In this document: positions 19,809-32,009 of the stretch, piece after piece
How positions within the stretch are numbered: the first letter of the stretch is position 1
Layout of the letters: every line of letters begins with the position of its first letter
NCBI GenBank assembly: GCA_038141425.1
Contig: JAYQIC010000011.1
Location: forward strand, 319,681 to 383,680
Direction: 5' to 3'
Origin: Rhodospirillaceae bacterium
Lineage (GTDB): Bacteria; Pseudomonadota; Alphaproteobacteria; UBA7985
DNA length: 64,000 bases
Program-made: the position numbers and the translations under genes
Notes under the pieces: model-generated
The model's database searches: none
What the model saw: only the letters and a program-made list of their open reading frames with translations
What the model was told of the DNA's origin: nothing

Positions 19809-21302
19809 TCAGGCCCCGCTCAGCGTGCGCCGAACCGCATCGCTCCAAAGGGCGATTTTTCGGTCCCGGCGTTCCGCGTCCCAGCCCGGCTCGAACCGCT
19901 GATCGAGCTGCCAGCGCTGGGCGAAGTCGGTCTGATCGCCGTAGAACCCGACCTGCGCGCCGGCCAGATAGGCGACGCCCAGCGCTGTCGTTTCCGTGAC
20001 TACCGGACCCTCCACCGCGGCGTCGAGCACGTCGGCCAGCGCCTGCATGGTCCAGTCGCTGGCGGTCATGCCACCGTCGACCCGCAGGATGGTGCGCGCC
20101 GCATCTGCCCAGTCCGCCTTCATCGCGGTGAGCAGATCGTTGGTCTGGAAGCACACGGCCTCCAGCGCCGCACGGGCAAATTCTGCCGGGCCGGAGTTCC
20201 GGGTCAGCCCGAAGATGGCGCCGCGCGCCTCACTGTCCCAGTGCGGGGCACCCAGGCCGGTGAAGGCCGGCACCAGAACCACGTCCTGCTCGGCATCGGC
20301 ACTGTCGGCCAGTGCACCCGACTGGGCCGCGTTCTCAAGGATACCAAGACTGTCCCGCAGCCACTGCACGGCGGCCCCGGCGATGAAAATCGAACCCTCC
20401 AACGCATAGGTTGGCTCGCCGTTCAGGCGGTAGGCGAGGGTGGTCAGCAGCCGGTTGTTCGACGGCACGGCCTGCGCCCCGGTGTTGAGGACCGCGAAAC
20501 AGCCGGTGCCGTAGGTCGACTTGAGCATGCCGGGCTGGAAGCAGCCCTGTCCCACCACAGCCGCGTGCTGGTCCCCGGCCATGGCCGTGATCGGCACGGA
20601 AGTCCCCTCACCGAGCAAGGCCGTGGTGCCGAAGTCGGCGGCGTTGTCGCAGACCTCGGGCAGCATGGCTTCGGGAATGTTGAGCATGGCCAGCAGTTCG
20701 GGATCCCAGCGCTGCTCGTGGATGTTGAACAGCAGCGTACGACAGGCGTTGGTGGCATCGGTGCGGTGAACCGCGCCGTCGGTGAGCCGGTAAAGCAACC
20801 ACGTGTCGATGGTGCCAAAGGCCAGCTCTCCCGCCGTGGCGCGCGCGCGGGCGCCCTCGACGCTGTCCAGCAACCACGCCAGCTTGGTTCCGGAGAAGTA
20901 GGGATCGAGCAGCAGCCCGGTCTTGGCCGTGACCATGGCTTCGTGGCCCGCTGCCTTCAGCTGGGCGCAGAAGTCTGCCGTGCGCCGGTCCTGCCACACG
21001 ATGGCGGGGTGGATCGGCTCCCCGGTTTCCCGGTCCCAGACGACCACGGTCTCGCGCTGATTGGTGATACCGATGGCAGCGATATCAGCCGCTGTCAGGC
21101 CCGCTTGCGCCACAAAGGCATCCCGGGTCACGTCGACGACCGAGCGCCAGATTTCGTCGGCGTCGTGCTCGACCCAGCCCGATTTCGGGTAAAACTGGGT
21201 GAACTCCTGCTGCGCCACGCTCAGGCTGTTGAAATCCGCATCGAACAGGATGGCACGACTGCTTGTCGTGCCCTGATCGATCGCCACTACCGCTTTTGCC
21301 AC
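19809..21302 (-). CDS. glpK: Glycerol kinase
   Basis: 497 aa. [17 protein letters not shown] and the FGGY kinase pattern throughout. Confidence 0.95.
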   Translation of the reverse strand: MAKAVVAIDQGTTSSRAILFDADFNSLSVAQQEFTQFYPKSGWVEHDADEIWRSVVDVTRDAFVAQAGLTAADIAAIGITNQRETVVVWDRETGEPIHPAIVWQDRRTADFCAQLKAAGHEAMVTAKTGLLLDPYFSGTKLAWLLDSVEGARARATAGELAFGTIDTWLLYRLTDGAVHRTDATNACRTLLFNIHEQRWDPELLAMLNIPEAMLPEVCDNAADFGTTALLGEGTSVPITAMAGDQHAAVVGQGCFQPGMLKSTYGTGCFAVLNTGAQAVPSNNRLLTTLAYRLNGEPTYALEGSIFIAGAAVQWLRDSLGILENAAQSGALADSADAEQDVVLVPAFTGLGAPHWDSEARGAIFGLTRNSGPAEFARAALEAVCFQTNDLLTAMKADWADAARTILRVDGGMTASDWTMQALADVLDAAVEGPVVTETTALGVAYLAGAQVGFYGDQTDFAQRWQLDQRFEPGWDAERRDRKIALWSDAVRRTLSGA

Positions 21303-21399
21303 TGCCTCATCCTCCCCAAAGACGTACCAAGCCGGAGCGCTACCCTAAGGATAACGCCTGCGGCTCGCCAGCCCCGGGGCGGGAAACCGGAAGACATTT

Positions 21400-23194
21400 T
21401 CAGAATGCGGCTTCGTCGAGCCAGATGACTTCGTCAGCGCTCGACTTAACGGCTTCGAGCAGGCCCGAGGATCGCGGCAGCAACTGATCTGCGAAGAACC
21501 GCGCCGTAACCAGTTTGGTCGACAGGAAGCGGGTCTCGCTGTCGCCAGCGGCAAGCCGCTGCTGCGCTTCCAGCGCCTGCAGTGCCATGACCCAGCCCCC
21601 GGCGACCGTCCCCCAGAGCGTCAGGTAAGGCGTCGCACCGACGGCGGCGGAGGGCATGCTGTCTCCGGCGGTTTCCAGCAGATAGTTCGAGGCTGCTTCG
21701 AGGTCGGCGAGCGCCGGCTTCAGCCGCACGGCAATGGCGCGCAGGCTGAGGTGGTCGGAAGCCTCCAGCCGGTCGACGACGTTGGCCATTTCGGCCAGCA
21801 TCTCACTGGCGGCCCGGCCCCGGTCGCGGGCCAGCTTGCGCCCGATCAGGTCCAGCGCCTGAATGCCGTTGGTGCCCTCGTAGATCGGCAGGATGCGGGC
21901 GTCGCGGTAGTACTGCGCCGCGCCGGTTTCTTCGACAAAGCCCATGCCGCCGTGGATCTGCACCCCGGTGGAGGCGATTTCGCAGGCGATGTCGGTGCCC
22001 CAGCCCTTGACGATCGGGGTCAGCAGATCGACCCGGCGCTGGGCGCGCGCGGCTTCATCGCTGTCCGCGTTTCCGGCGGGCCATGTCGATGTGGCTGGTG
22101 GCGTGGTAGGCGAGGCCACGGAAGGCTTCGACCTGCGATTTCATCAGCAGCAGGTTGCGGCGCACATCCGGGTGCTCGATGATGCGCACGCTGTCCTTCG
22201 ACGTGCCACCGATTTTGGCCGACTGCACCCGATCCTTGGCGTAGGCCAGGGCGTGCTGGAAGGCGCGCTCGGCGATGCCCAACCCCTGAATCCCGACGCT
22301 GAGCCGCGCGTTATTCATCATGGTGAACATGCACGACATGCCGCCGTTTTCTGGCCCGATCAGGTAGCCCACTGCTCCGCCGTCGTCGCCGTACTGCATG
22401 ACGCAGGTGGGGCTGGCGTGGATGCCGAGTTTTTCTTCGAGCTTGATGCATTTGGCATCGTTGCGCGCGCCGAGGCTGCCGTCGTCGTTGACCAGGAACT
22501 TCGGCACGATGAACAGGGAGATGCCCTTGGTGCCCGCCGGGGCGTCGGGGGTCCGGGCCAGCACCAGGTGGACGATGTTCTCGGCCAGATCGTGCTCGCC
22601 GAAAGTGATGTAAATCTTCTGCCCGAAAATGCGGTAGGTGCCGTCGGGCTGCGGTTCTGCGCGGGACTTGAGCGCGCCGACATCCGAGCCGGCGTGTGGC
22701 TCGGTCAGGTTCATGGTGCCGGTCCACTCACCAGAGACCATGCGCTCGAGGAAGGTGGCGCGCTGCTCGGGTGAGCCGTGGGCTTCGATGGTTTCGATCG
22801 CCCCCTGCGACAGCAGCGGGCACAGCGAGAACGACATGTTGGCGGCGAACAGCATTTCCTGCCCGGCGGCATTGACCGCCCACGGCAGGCCCATGCCGCC
22901 GATTTCGGCATCGTAGGCGGCGCCGATCCAGCCGGTTTCACGGTAGCTCCGGTAAAGCTCCGGGAACTTTTCGTAGGTCCGTACCACACCGTTTTCGAGG
23001 GTGCAGGCGGCCTGATCCGCGTCCCAGTTGGTCGGCGCGAGCTCCTCGGAGAAGAACTTGCCCCCTTCCTCGATCAGTTGCCCGACAAGGTCGCTGCTGG
23101 TGTCTTCGAGGCCGGGTAGGTCACCCAGTCGGTCGAGGTCGGCCAGCGTCTGCAGGGCAAATACGATGTCTTGGGTTGGGCTTTGATAGGTCAT
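21400..23194 (-). CDS. Long acyl-CoA dehydrogenase with C-terminal extension domain, frame-disrupted as sequenced
   Basis: ORF 22055..23194 carries the N-terminal and middle ACAD domains (GTMNLTEPHAGSD). ORF 21400..22119 carries the C-terminal ACAD helices (IHGGMGFVEETGAAQYYRDARILPIYEGTNGIQ) plus the extension. The slip is near 22070-22080. Confidence 0.85.
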
Positions 23195-23291
23195 GGGACC
23201 GCCTCCCGGGCGTCTTTGATATCAGGCGCGAAGATAGCGAAGCCTGCTGCGCAATCAAGCAGTGACCGCTGTGACCAAAGCGCCAGCGGGT

Positions 23292-24320
23292 TCAGCCCCG
23301 CCGGTTGGCCGGATGACGCGCGCGGAGCTGGCCGAGGCTGGCCTCTCGCCACAGGATCACCAGCCCGGCGAGCACGATCAGAATAGCGCCCGTGTACTCA
23401 TTCCACTGCGGCACCGCCCTGAACATGACGAAATCCAGCACCATGGCGCTGGGCAGGCCGACGTAGCGGAACGGACTGATAACGCTCAGCTCCCCGGTGC
23501 GCAGGGCGAGGGCAGAGAGATAGTAGGCGACGCTGATCAGCATGGCTGACAGCGCCAGCTTGACCCAGACCACGGCGCTGAAGTCAGCAAGTACGCTGAA
23601 ATAGTCTCGGCCCTGCATCGTCGGCTGGAACACGTCGGGGAACAGGGGGGTAACCACGATGAAACAAACCACAGACGACAGCAGCACAAACACGGCGGCG
23701 TAGGTGGCGTTGTAGGCCGTGGGCAGTTTGGACGGGATGGCGCGGGCCAGCATATCGCGGATGGACAAGCCAAGGGCGGCGAACAGCGGCGCCAGCAGGA
23801 TCCAGCGGAGCTGGCTGGCCAGACCGTTGCTCTCGCCCGGGGCTGGTGCACCGTAGAGCCGCGTTCCCAGCTCCGGCAGGAGTGCGCGCAGAAGTGGTTC
23901 GGCCATGGCGATCAGCAGGACCCCGACGAAGCCCAGCAACACCGCACTCCAGCGATAGCGGCCGACCTGCTCCCGCAGCACGATTGCGCCCAACGCCGTG
24001 GTGATGATCGGCGCGGTGAAGATCAGCGCTGCCGAGACCCCAAGAGAGAGAAACATCAGTGAAGTCAGATAGGGCATGGCGATCAGGCACTCGCCCGCGC
24101 CGAAAATCACCGTCCCCCGATCACGCAGACCCAACAGCGGGTTGGTGCGCAGCAGGGCGAGAATTCCGGCGGTCAGGATGATAACCACCAGCAGCGCGCG
24201 CATGCTGATCACGACGTAGATCGGCTCGTTGACGAACAGCTCTTTCATCAGGCTGTCGTTGATGTTGAAGAACAGGACCGCGAGCACGACGTACAGGACG
24301 GCCATCAGATTGTTGGGCAT
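23292..24320 (-). CDS. DMT/EamA-family transporter
   Basis: 342-aa polytopic ORF with duplicated EamA-like halves. Confidence 0.75.
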   Translation of the reverse strand: MPNNLMAVLYVVLAVLFFNINDSLMKELFVNEPIYVVISMRALLVVIILTAGILALLRTNPLLGLRDRGTVIFGAGECLIAMPYLTSLMFLSLGVSAALIFTAPIITTALGAIVLREQVGRYRWSAVLLGFVGVLLIAMAEPLLRALLPELGTRLYGAPAPGESNGLASQLRWILLAPLFAALGLSIRDMLARAIPSKLPTAYNATYAAVFVLLSSVVCFIVVTPLFPDVFQPTMQGRDYFSVLADFSAVVWVKLALSAMLISVAYYLSALALRTGELSVISPFRYVGLPSAMVLDFVMFRAVPQWNEYTGAILIVLAGLVILWREASLGQLRARHPANRRG

Positions 24321-24380
24321 GAATGAAATGCCTCCCTCGCCGCCGGATCAGACAGGGGCAGGGGGCACTTGCCAAGCATG

Positions 24381-24413
24381 AAAAAGGCCGCGCAGATGAG
24401 CCCTGCGCAGCCT
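24381..24413 (-). terminator. Rho-independent terminator of the small OmpA-like gene
   Basis: Minus strand reads GGCTGCGCAG-GGCTCAT-CTGCGCGGCC followed by TTTTT. Confidence 0.7.
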
Positions 24414-24450
24414 TGAAACTCTTGAGGTCAGCGACCCGGGTGCGAGGGGA

Positions 24451-24936
24451 TTAGCCGTTGAAGGACAGAACCACCACGCGGTTGCCTTCGAGCGTGTCGC
24501 TCCAGGCTTCGGTTTCACCCGCACCCGAAACCGGGGTCACCATATCCATGTCCACGCCGTTGGCGACGAGGAATTCATAGACGGTTGCGGCGCGTTCTTC
24601 AGACAGGGTCTGGTTGTAGTCCTCCGGGCCGTCGACCGATGCAAAGCCGGTGTTGGTAAACCCAACCGCGCCGGAGTGCATGATGATGTCGAGGTTATCC
24701 AGGAGCACCTGCTCGCCCTCTTCGGTCAGATCCGCACAAGCGATCTCGAAGTGAACCATGATGTCGCAGACGGCGGACTTGTCGTGCACGTAACCGCCAC
24801 TGGCGGTCCGCACCCACGATCCGGAGAGCGCAGCGGTGACGAAGTTGTGACAGTTGCCTTTACACTCTGCCGACGCAACGCCGGCAGTCGCAAAGGAAAA
24901 GACCAGAGCTGAAGCTGCAATAATCCAACGCTTCAT
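24451..24936 (-). CDS. Small secreted OmpA-like (peptidoglycan-binding) domain protein
   Basis: 161 aa with a signal peptide (ATAGVASA). OmpA_C-like core (GFASVDGPEDYNQTLSEERAATVYEFLVANGV). Confidence 0.7.
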   Translation of the reverse strand: MKRWIIAASALVFSFATAGVASAECKGNCHNFVTAALSGSWVRTASGGYVHDKSAVCDIMVHFEIACADLTEEGEQVLLDNLDIIMHSGAVGFTNTGFASVDGPEDYNQTLSEERAATVYEFLVANGVDMDMVTPVSGAGETEAWSDTLEGNRVVVLSFNG

Positions 24937-25310
24937 TGTTTTTCCTTCAATTCAAGCCCGCGGCGAAGCCGAGGCATTCATGACAAAACAAGGTCACACT
25001 CAATTCTGCTTCCGGTGATCCTGACTTCGTTACTGCCCACCGAGGTGGATCGTCCGAAACCCGAAAGTTCAAACCGCGCTCATGGGCCACTGCACACCCA
25101 CTCCCGCCTTGTGCAACCAAAATATCAACAAGCACCAGCTGAGACCCGTTCTCTTTTTGATACATGCAAAAATCGGTCAAAGCGTGGCGCAAACGTCACT
25201 TTCAGCAGTGCAAAAAGTCGAAAAAGCGACGAAAAATTACGCGAACAGTAGAAATTGCCGCGTTTGAGCCCTGTTTCAGCCTGTTTGGGCTGCTCCAATG
25301 GCTCGGGTTT

Positions 25311-25425
25311 TGTGGGCAAAAACCTGTAAAATCGGGCTGAAATTGCCCCTTTGGTTCCCACCCGTGGATGATTTCTCAGGTTTTGTGGATAAAACATCAG
25401 GACGACTTCCTGCGGATAACCACAC
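25311..25425. promoter_or_regulatory. Cluster of DnaA-box-like 9-mers
   Basis: TGTGGATAA (25384-25392) is a perfect complement of TTATCCACA. Near-matches are TGTGGGCAA (25311), CGTGGATGA (25363) and TGCGGATAA (25411), the last overlapping ATAACCACA. They lie next to AT-rich tract 25090-25300. Confidence 0.4.
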
Positions 25426-25497
25426 GTCTGTTCACAGCGGGTTCTGATCCGAACATGCGGGTTCCACCCCGTCCGCTGGTGTCGAGTTTGGCGCGTT

Positions 25498-26469
25498 TCA
25501 CCCCTGTTGGGTCAGGAAGTATGCCGCAGCTTTTGCACGCTTAAGTGCTAACTGCTTGTTGACATAATCTGAACCGTCCTGGGACGCGTAACCAACAATG
25601 TCATAGCGACCTGTCGATGCGTTGATGGCGATGGCGGTCATCTCCAGCGCGCGCTCAGCCTGCGCCGAAATGGCGTCGCTGCTGCCGCTGAACAGGACCG
25701 ATGCAGAGAAAATAACCCCGTGCCCGGCTTCCAGCGCCGCCTGGATGAGGGTGTCGCAGTCCGCGCCGAGGATCATGGCCTGGTAGCCAGAACCGCCCGT
25801 CGCGATCAGGGCGCCTTCGCTGGTCAGGGCGAAACCCCGGCAGTGCGGCTGTCCGCTTTGCACGGCGGCGTCTGCCACGCGTGGTGAGGAGGGACGCGCC
25901 ACCTCGGTCGGGCCGATGAGGATGGTTTCAGACGCCGGAATGGTAATCGAGCCTGCGCCTTCGCCGAGGAAGGTCTTTGCGCCCTCGGTATAAGACGCTG
26001 GATCAGCCCCTGTACCGGACTGAGCGCCGTTCTGGGCGCCATTCCGGGCGATGGTCACGGGCGAGGTCGCCGTCATCCGGCTCATCGAGGATTTGGACAG
26101 GATCACGCGCTCTGGCGTGCTGCCGCGACTCACCACGGTTGATGCAACCGGCTGCGCGCTGGCGGTCGGGGTCATGATGGTTGTCATGGTCTTCGCGCCG
26201 GAGAAGGGCAGAACATCCCGCGAGGCGTCAGCCAGTGGCCCAGCGACGCCCCCCACAGGCATGCCGTTGCTGACCTGAACCGGGTTCAGCCCATAGGCTG
26301 CGTAGTTGGGAACCGCGCCCGGGATCCCGGCGGCGGGCGCAAAGCTCTCGGCCACGGACGCCCCCCGCACGGGGATCAGCGTCTGTGCACCGGCAGCTTG
26401 AACGGCGCTGAAGGCTGCAACCACGACGGCAGCCTGCGCCAAACCATGAATAATGGCGTGTCTCATCAA
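25498..26469 (-). CDS. Secreted protein with C-terminal OmpA-like domain
   Basis: 323 aa with a signal peptide. C-terminus is VLFSGSSDAISAQAERALEMTAIAI...IVGYASQDGSDYVNKQLALKRAKAAAYFL. Confidence 0.65.
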   Translation of the reverse strand: MMRHAIIHGLAQAAVVVAAFSAVQAAGAQTLIPVRGASVAESFAPAAGIPGAVPNYAAYGLNPVQVSNGMPVGGVAGPLADASRDVLPFSGAKTMTTIMTPTASAQPVASTVVSRGSTPERVILSKSSMSRMTATSPVTIARNGAQNGAQSGTGADPASYTEGAKTFLGEGAGSITIPASETILIGPTEVARPSSPRVADAAVQSGQPHCRGFALTSEGALIATGGSGYQAMILGADCDTLIQAALEAGHGVIFSASVLFSGSSDAISAQAERALEMTAIAINASTGRYDIVGYASQDGSDYVNKQLALKRAKAAAYFLTQQG

Positions 26470-26710
26470 AAATTGAGCCCTTTGAAATATTCGCGCAACG
26501 CAAATTGCAACGGCGGGACTTTGTTGGGTTCAACGGTACAAATACGCGGCCAGTCGGGCCAAATCCGTGGCTTTCACTGAAATCAGGGGGGGCGCTGTGT
26601 CGATTGGGTACCGAACCGCCCGACTTCGTTCTGATTTTTCACGTTATGCGCGTATTTCGATACATTATGCGCACGAGACGGAACACCCCAGTATGACGCT
26701 TTCTGCAACG

Positions 26711-27819
26711 CTATCCGTTATTATGCGCCCGCCATAGCGTTATGCTCATGAGCAGAATCAGCGCGCCGCCCTGGTGCGCTGCGCCGAGCGGAATCGGCAC
26801 GGCGTAGAGCAGGGTCACGACCCCCAGAAGGTACTGTCCGACCACGGCCAGCAGGGCTGCGAGCGCCCAGAACCGGACCGGGCCGGGCCCGGCACGCCGG
26901 GCGACCATCACGGTGAAAATCGCGACCAGCAGCACGGTGACGCTGGCGAAAATGCGGTGGTGGAACTGGGCTGCGACCGGGTTTTCGAAGGGATTCCGCA
27001 AAAGGGGCAGGGACGACCGATAATCTGGCGGCACCAACCCGTCTCCCATGGTCGGAAATTCGTTGTAGACCAGTCCCGCATTCAGCCCGGCGACAAAGGC
27101 TCCCGAGACCAGTGTCGCCAGCACCAGCAGCAGCAGCGCGGTTGGCAGGTTGAGCCAGTGAGCGGCACTGAACGGCAGGGTTCCAGTCCGCGCCCGGACC
27201 CCCAGACCGACAAAGTACAGCAGGATGATCACCGCCAGCGACAGATGCGCCGCGAGCCGGTAGGCCGACACGTCGATCAGGTCGGTGTCGAAGCCACTGC
27301 TGACCATGTACCAGCCCAGAAAGCCCTGGAAGCAGATCAGGACGAAGCCGAAAACAGCGTGCGGCATCAGCCACGCCAGCTGTGGCCAGTGGCCCCGGAG
27401 CCGGGCAACGGCGAAGACAACCAGCCCCGCGAGGAAGGCCATCCCGATCAGGCGCCCCCAAAGCCGATGGATGTATTCCCACCAGAAAATCTGCTTGAAG
27501 CCCTCCATGCTGAGCGCACCAAGATGCTGCTTCTGATACTCGCCCGTGAGCTTGTATTCTTCGAAGACGCGCAGCCACTCGGCTTCGGACAGGGTGGGAA
27601 GGTGCCTGCGAGCAGGTTCCACTCCATGATGCTCAGACCGCTTTCCGTGAGCCGGGTGATGGCCCCGATCAGGGCCATGGCGAAGACCAGCGCGGCGGAT
27701 CCCCAGAGCCATGTCAGCACGACGACCAGGCTGCTGGTCGAGGGCGCGGGCCCTGCGGGGTTGCTGGGTACAGCGCTGGCCGGAGCCGGAGAAGAGGAAG
27801 AGGGGGACGCGAAGCTCAT
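26711..27819 (-). CDS. ctaA: Heme A synthase (COX15/CtaA), frame-disrupted as sequenced
   Basis: N-terminus (…AITRLTESGLSIMEWNLLAGT) is in ORF 27448..27819. The rest (LSEAEWLRVFEEYK..., FWWEYIHRLWGRLIG, His-containing TM helices) is in ORF 26711..27712. The slip is near 27601. Confidence 0.85.
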
Positions 27820-28029
27820 ATTGCCGTGAGTGCCTGTGGTTTGACCTTGTGCGGGCGCTGCCGTCTGGGGCCTATACGCCGTGTTTGGTTACACATAAGC
27901 TGCGTGGACGAAAGTCACAGGCGATTGAGCGTCGCAGGCAGCTGGCCTGCGCCAGGCTGGTTAGGGGGCTGGTCGGGGGCAGGTCTGGTCAGGTGAGCGG
28001 TTTGGAGTGGGAAATATGAAGGTGAGCGC

Positions 28030-28824
28030 ATGAGTACGGGGAGAGGCGAGACCGTCTTTCACGCCGCCGGGTCGTGGCGGGGCTGGGGGCCTCTCTGGCT
28101 GGCGTGCTGGGTGGCGCACCTGCGCTGGGCCAGTCTTCCACCGCCACCGCCACCACCACCGCGTCGCTGAACGCCGCAGACGTGCGTCAGCGCTTTACCC
28201 GCACCTTTGAGACCGCGCAGCTGCCGGGCGATCTGGCGGCCATCGGCGCCCGGCTCGGCGCGCCCATGCTGCTGCGGGTGTTCAAGCAGGAGCGGGAGGT
28301 CGAAGTCTGGGTGCAGCCTGAGGATCAGCAGACCTTTGTGCTGTTCCGGATTTTTCCGATCTGTTTTTACTCGGGCAAGCTGGGGCCAAAGGTGAAAGAG
28401 GGCGACATGCAGTCGCCCGAGGGTTTCTACTTCGTCGGACCGGCGCAGATGCGTGCCAAATCGCAGTACCACCGCGCCATCGATTTCGCCTTTCCCAACG
28501 ACTATGACGCGGCGCAGGGCTATACCGGGACCGAGCTGCTGATCCATGGCAACTGTGTTTCCAGCGGCTGCTACGCCATGACCGATCCTTTCGTCGAGCA
28601 GCTCTACGAACTGGGTTCAGCGACAGCAGCAACGGCGGCGCAGGGGTTCTGGATCCACGCCTTTCCCCTTTCACATGACCGCCGAGGCCCTCGCGGGTCA
28701 GCAGGACAGCCCGTGGCAGGGGTTCTGGGCGCAGTTGAAGGCGGGCTATGACGCCTTTGAGACCCGCCGCATTCCGCCGCATGTCCGGGTCGAGGGCGGT
28801 CGCTACGTGGTCGCGGAAGTCTGA
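28030..28824 (+). CDS. YafK-like L,D-transpeptidase-fold protein with Tat-type signal, frame-disrupted twice as sequenced
   Basis: The core is in ORF 28074..28751 (LRVFKQEREVEVW, GKLGPKVKEGDMQSPEGFY, LIHGNCVSSGCYAMTD). ATG 28030 plus one T at run 28057-28059 gives MSTGRGETVFSRRRVVAGLGA. The C-terminus FHMTAEAL...RYVVAEV needs a slip at C-run 28664-28667. Confidence 0.75.
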
Positions 28825-28984
28825 GCAGAAGACCATCTGAAGAGACATGACGAAGGGGGGTCGTCCCGGCCTTGCATGATCGCCCGTTGTCGGTGGTGAG
28901 CGGAGTCGTCCCTCGATTATTGCAACAGCCGGATGCACAGGTTGCAGACCCCCGGCGGTTGCAGCGCACCCTCTGCGTCCCTAA

Positions 28985-29011
28985 TTAGCAGTCGTAAGCG
29001 AGGAGTGCTAA
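28985..29011 (+). promoter_or_regulatory. CIRCE operator (HrcA binding site)
   Basis: TTAGCAGTC-N9-GAGTGCTAA, one mismatch to TTAGCACTC-N9-GAGTGCTAA. Located 62 nt upstream of groES. Confidence 0.85.
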
Positions 29012-29072
29012 TCGGCGCCCCCGCCCCGTATCCGGGACTATTTATTAACTTCATAAGTATGGAGAGGGACAG

Positions 29073-29363
29073 ATGAAGTTTCGTCCATTGCACGACCGCG
29101 TTCTGATCAAGCGGCTCGACAGCGAAGAAAAGACCGCTGGCGGCCTGATCATTCCCGACACTGCCAAAGAAAAGCCGATGGAAGGCGAGGTCATCGCCGT
29201 CGGTGAAGGTGCCTACAACGACGATGGCGACCGCATCAAGCCGGACCTCAAGGCCGGTGACAAGGTTCTGTTCGGCAAGTGGAACGGCACCGAGGTCAAG
29301 ATCGACGGTGAAGACCTGCTGATCATGAAAGAAAGCGAAATCATGGGCGTGCTCGAAGCCTGA
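29073..29363 (+). CDS. groES: Co-chaperonin GroES
   Basis: 96 aa. [14 protein letters not shown]...[13 protein letters not shown]. Confidence 0.97.
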   Translation: MKFRPLHDRVLIKRLDSEEKTAGGLIIPDTAKEKPMEGEVIAVGEGAYNDDGDRIKPDLKAGDKVLFGKWNGTEVKIDGEDLLIMKESEIMGVLEA

Positions 29364-29404
29364 GTTTCGCCGCCGATGATCACTTCAATCTGATATCGAA
29401 TTAA

Positions 29405-31060
<1,656 letters not shown>

Positions 31061-31106
31061 ATCACCGCGTTGGCCGACCCCGGGTTTTGGGGTTGGTGCA
31101 GAGATC

Positions 31107-31141
31107 AGGGCGCTGGAGTCTCGGCTTCAGCGCCCTTTTTC
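31107..31141 (+). terminator. Rho-independent terminator of groESL
   Basis: AGGGCGCTG-N12-CAGCGCCCT followed by TTTTT. Confidence 0.75.
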
Positions 31142-31585
31142 GTGGCCGCAGTCGGGGTCGGGCTGGGCTGGGGTCGCATAATGCTGCGTGCCACTGTGTC
31201 ATAAAGGTCGACGCCCTGGCTGGGGATAAGGTGCTGTTCTGAGGCTGAATTTTCTCCGTGAACAACGCCAAGGCTGCGCTTGTGTCACTGGGATGCCCAT
31301 TCTGGATTCGGGAATCATTCCAGATGGATTCGCGCAAAAAGAAACTGCAAAAAATACGGGCTTTCAGGGCTAATCTTGGCACCGTCCACCCGGCCGGATC
31401 AGGCCCGCACTTCAGTTGGCCAGAGTCGCCGCTGCGTAGCGATGACTCATGATTTGATGTTGGTCCTCGCGCCCCCTCCGACCCCCTGTTGATAGAGTTG
31501 CGGCCCTTCAGGAATTGCAGCGGATGACGCAAAGGGCCTTTCATTCACGCGGCATTTCATCAAGGTTTTGCGGGTCGAAGCTTAG

Positions 31586-31873
31586 TTGGGGTGCAGCGTG
31601 AACGAGGGCGAAACAGCTCCGCAAAATGGTGTTCAGATTTTGGGCGTCGATGATCGCGGGCCTTTGGGGCCAGCGTTCTGGTACTGGCGTTTGCTCTGGC
31701 AGGGCCGTGTGGTCGGCCAGAGCGCGCCGGGCCAGACCTTTGCCACCAAGGCGGAAGCCTACGAAAACTATAAACTGGCGACACGCGCGATGGAGCACCA
31801 GCTCGGGCGGTCGACCTGGCGGGTTGGCACGTCCATCCCCGTGGGTGAGGCCGCGCGGCCAAGCTGGCGCTGA
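31586..31873 (+). CDS. Small hypothetical protein, DUF1508/YegP-like segment
   Basis: FWYWRLLWQGRVVGQSAPGQTFATKAEAYENYKLATRAM resembles the YegP repeat pattern (F.F.L.A.NG..I..S..Y.....A..GI). The start is uncertain. Confidence 0.4.
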   Translation: MGCSVNEGETAPQNGVQILGVDDRGPLGPAFWYWRLLWQGRVVGQSAPGQTFATKAEAYENYKLATRAMEHQLGRSTWRVGTSIPVGEAARPSWR

Positions 31874-32009
31874 GGGCTGGCCGACCGCCTGTGTGGCGGG
31901 GGCGACCACAGCGCGATGCTGCGCTTCGAAAATACGGGGCATCATACGCAGCGCGATGCTGTTACACCGCTTCCACCGGCACAGTACAGCTACAACAAGT
32001 ACACGCGCT

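Noticed and set aside
24937-25497. Chromosomal replication origin (oriC).
   Set aside because: DnaA boxes and an AT-rich tract are present. However, genes on both sides share the same strand, so there is no divergence of gene orientation. No hemE, dnaA, dnaN or parAB neighbourhood is present. I found no TTAA-N7-TTAA CtrA sites. I kept it as a DnaA-regulatory or titration candidate instead.
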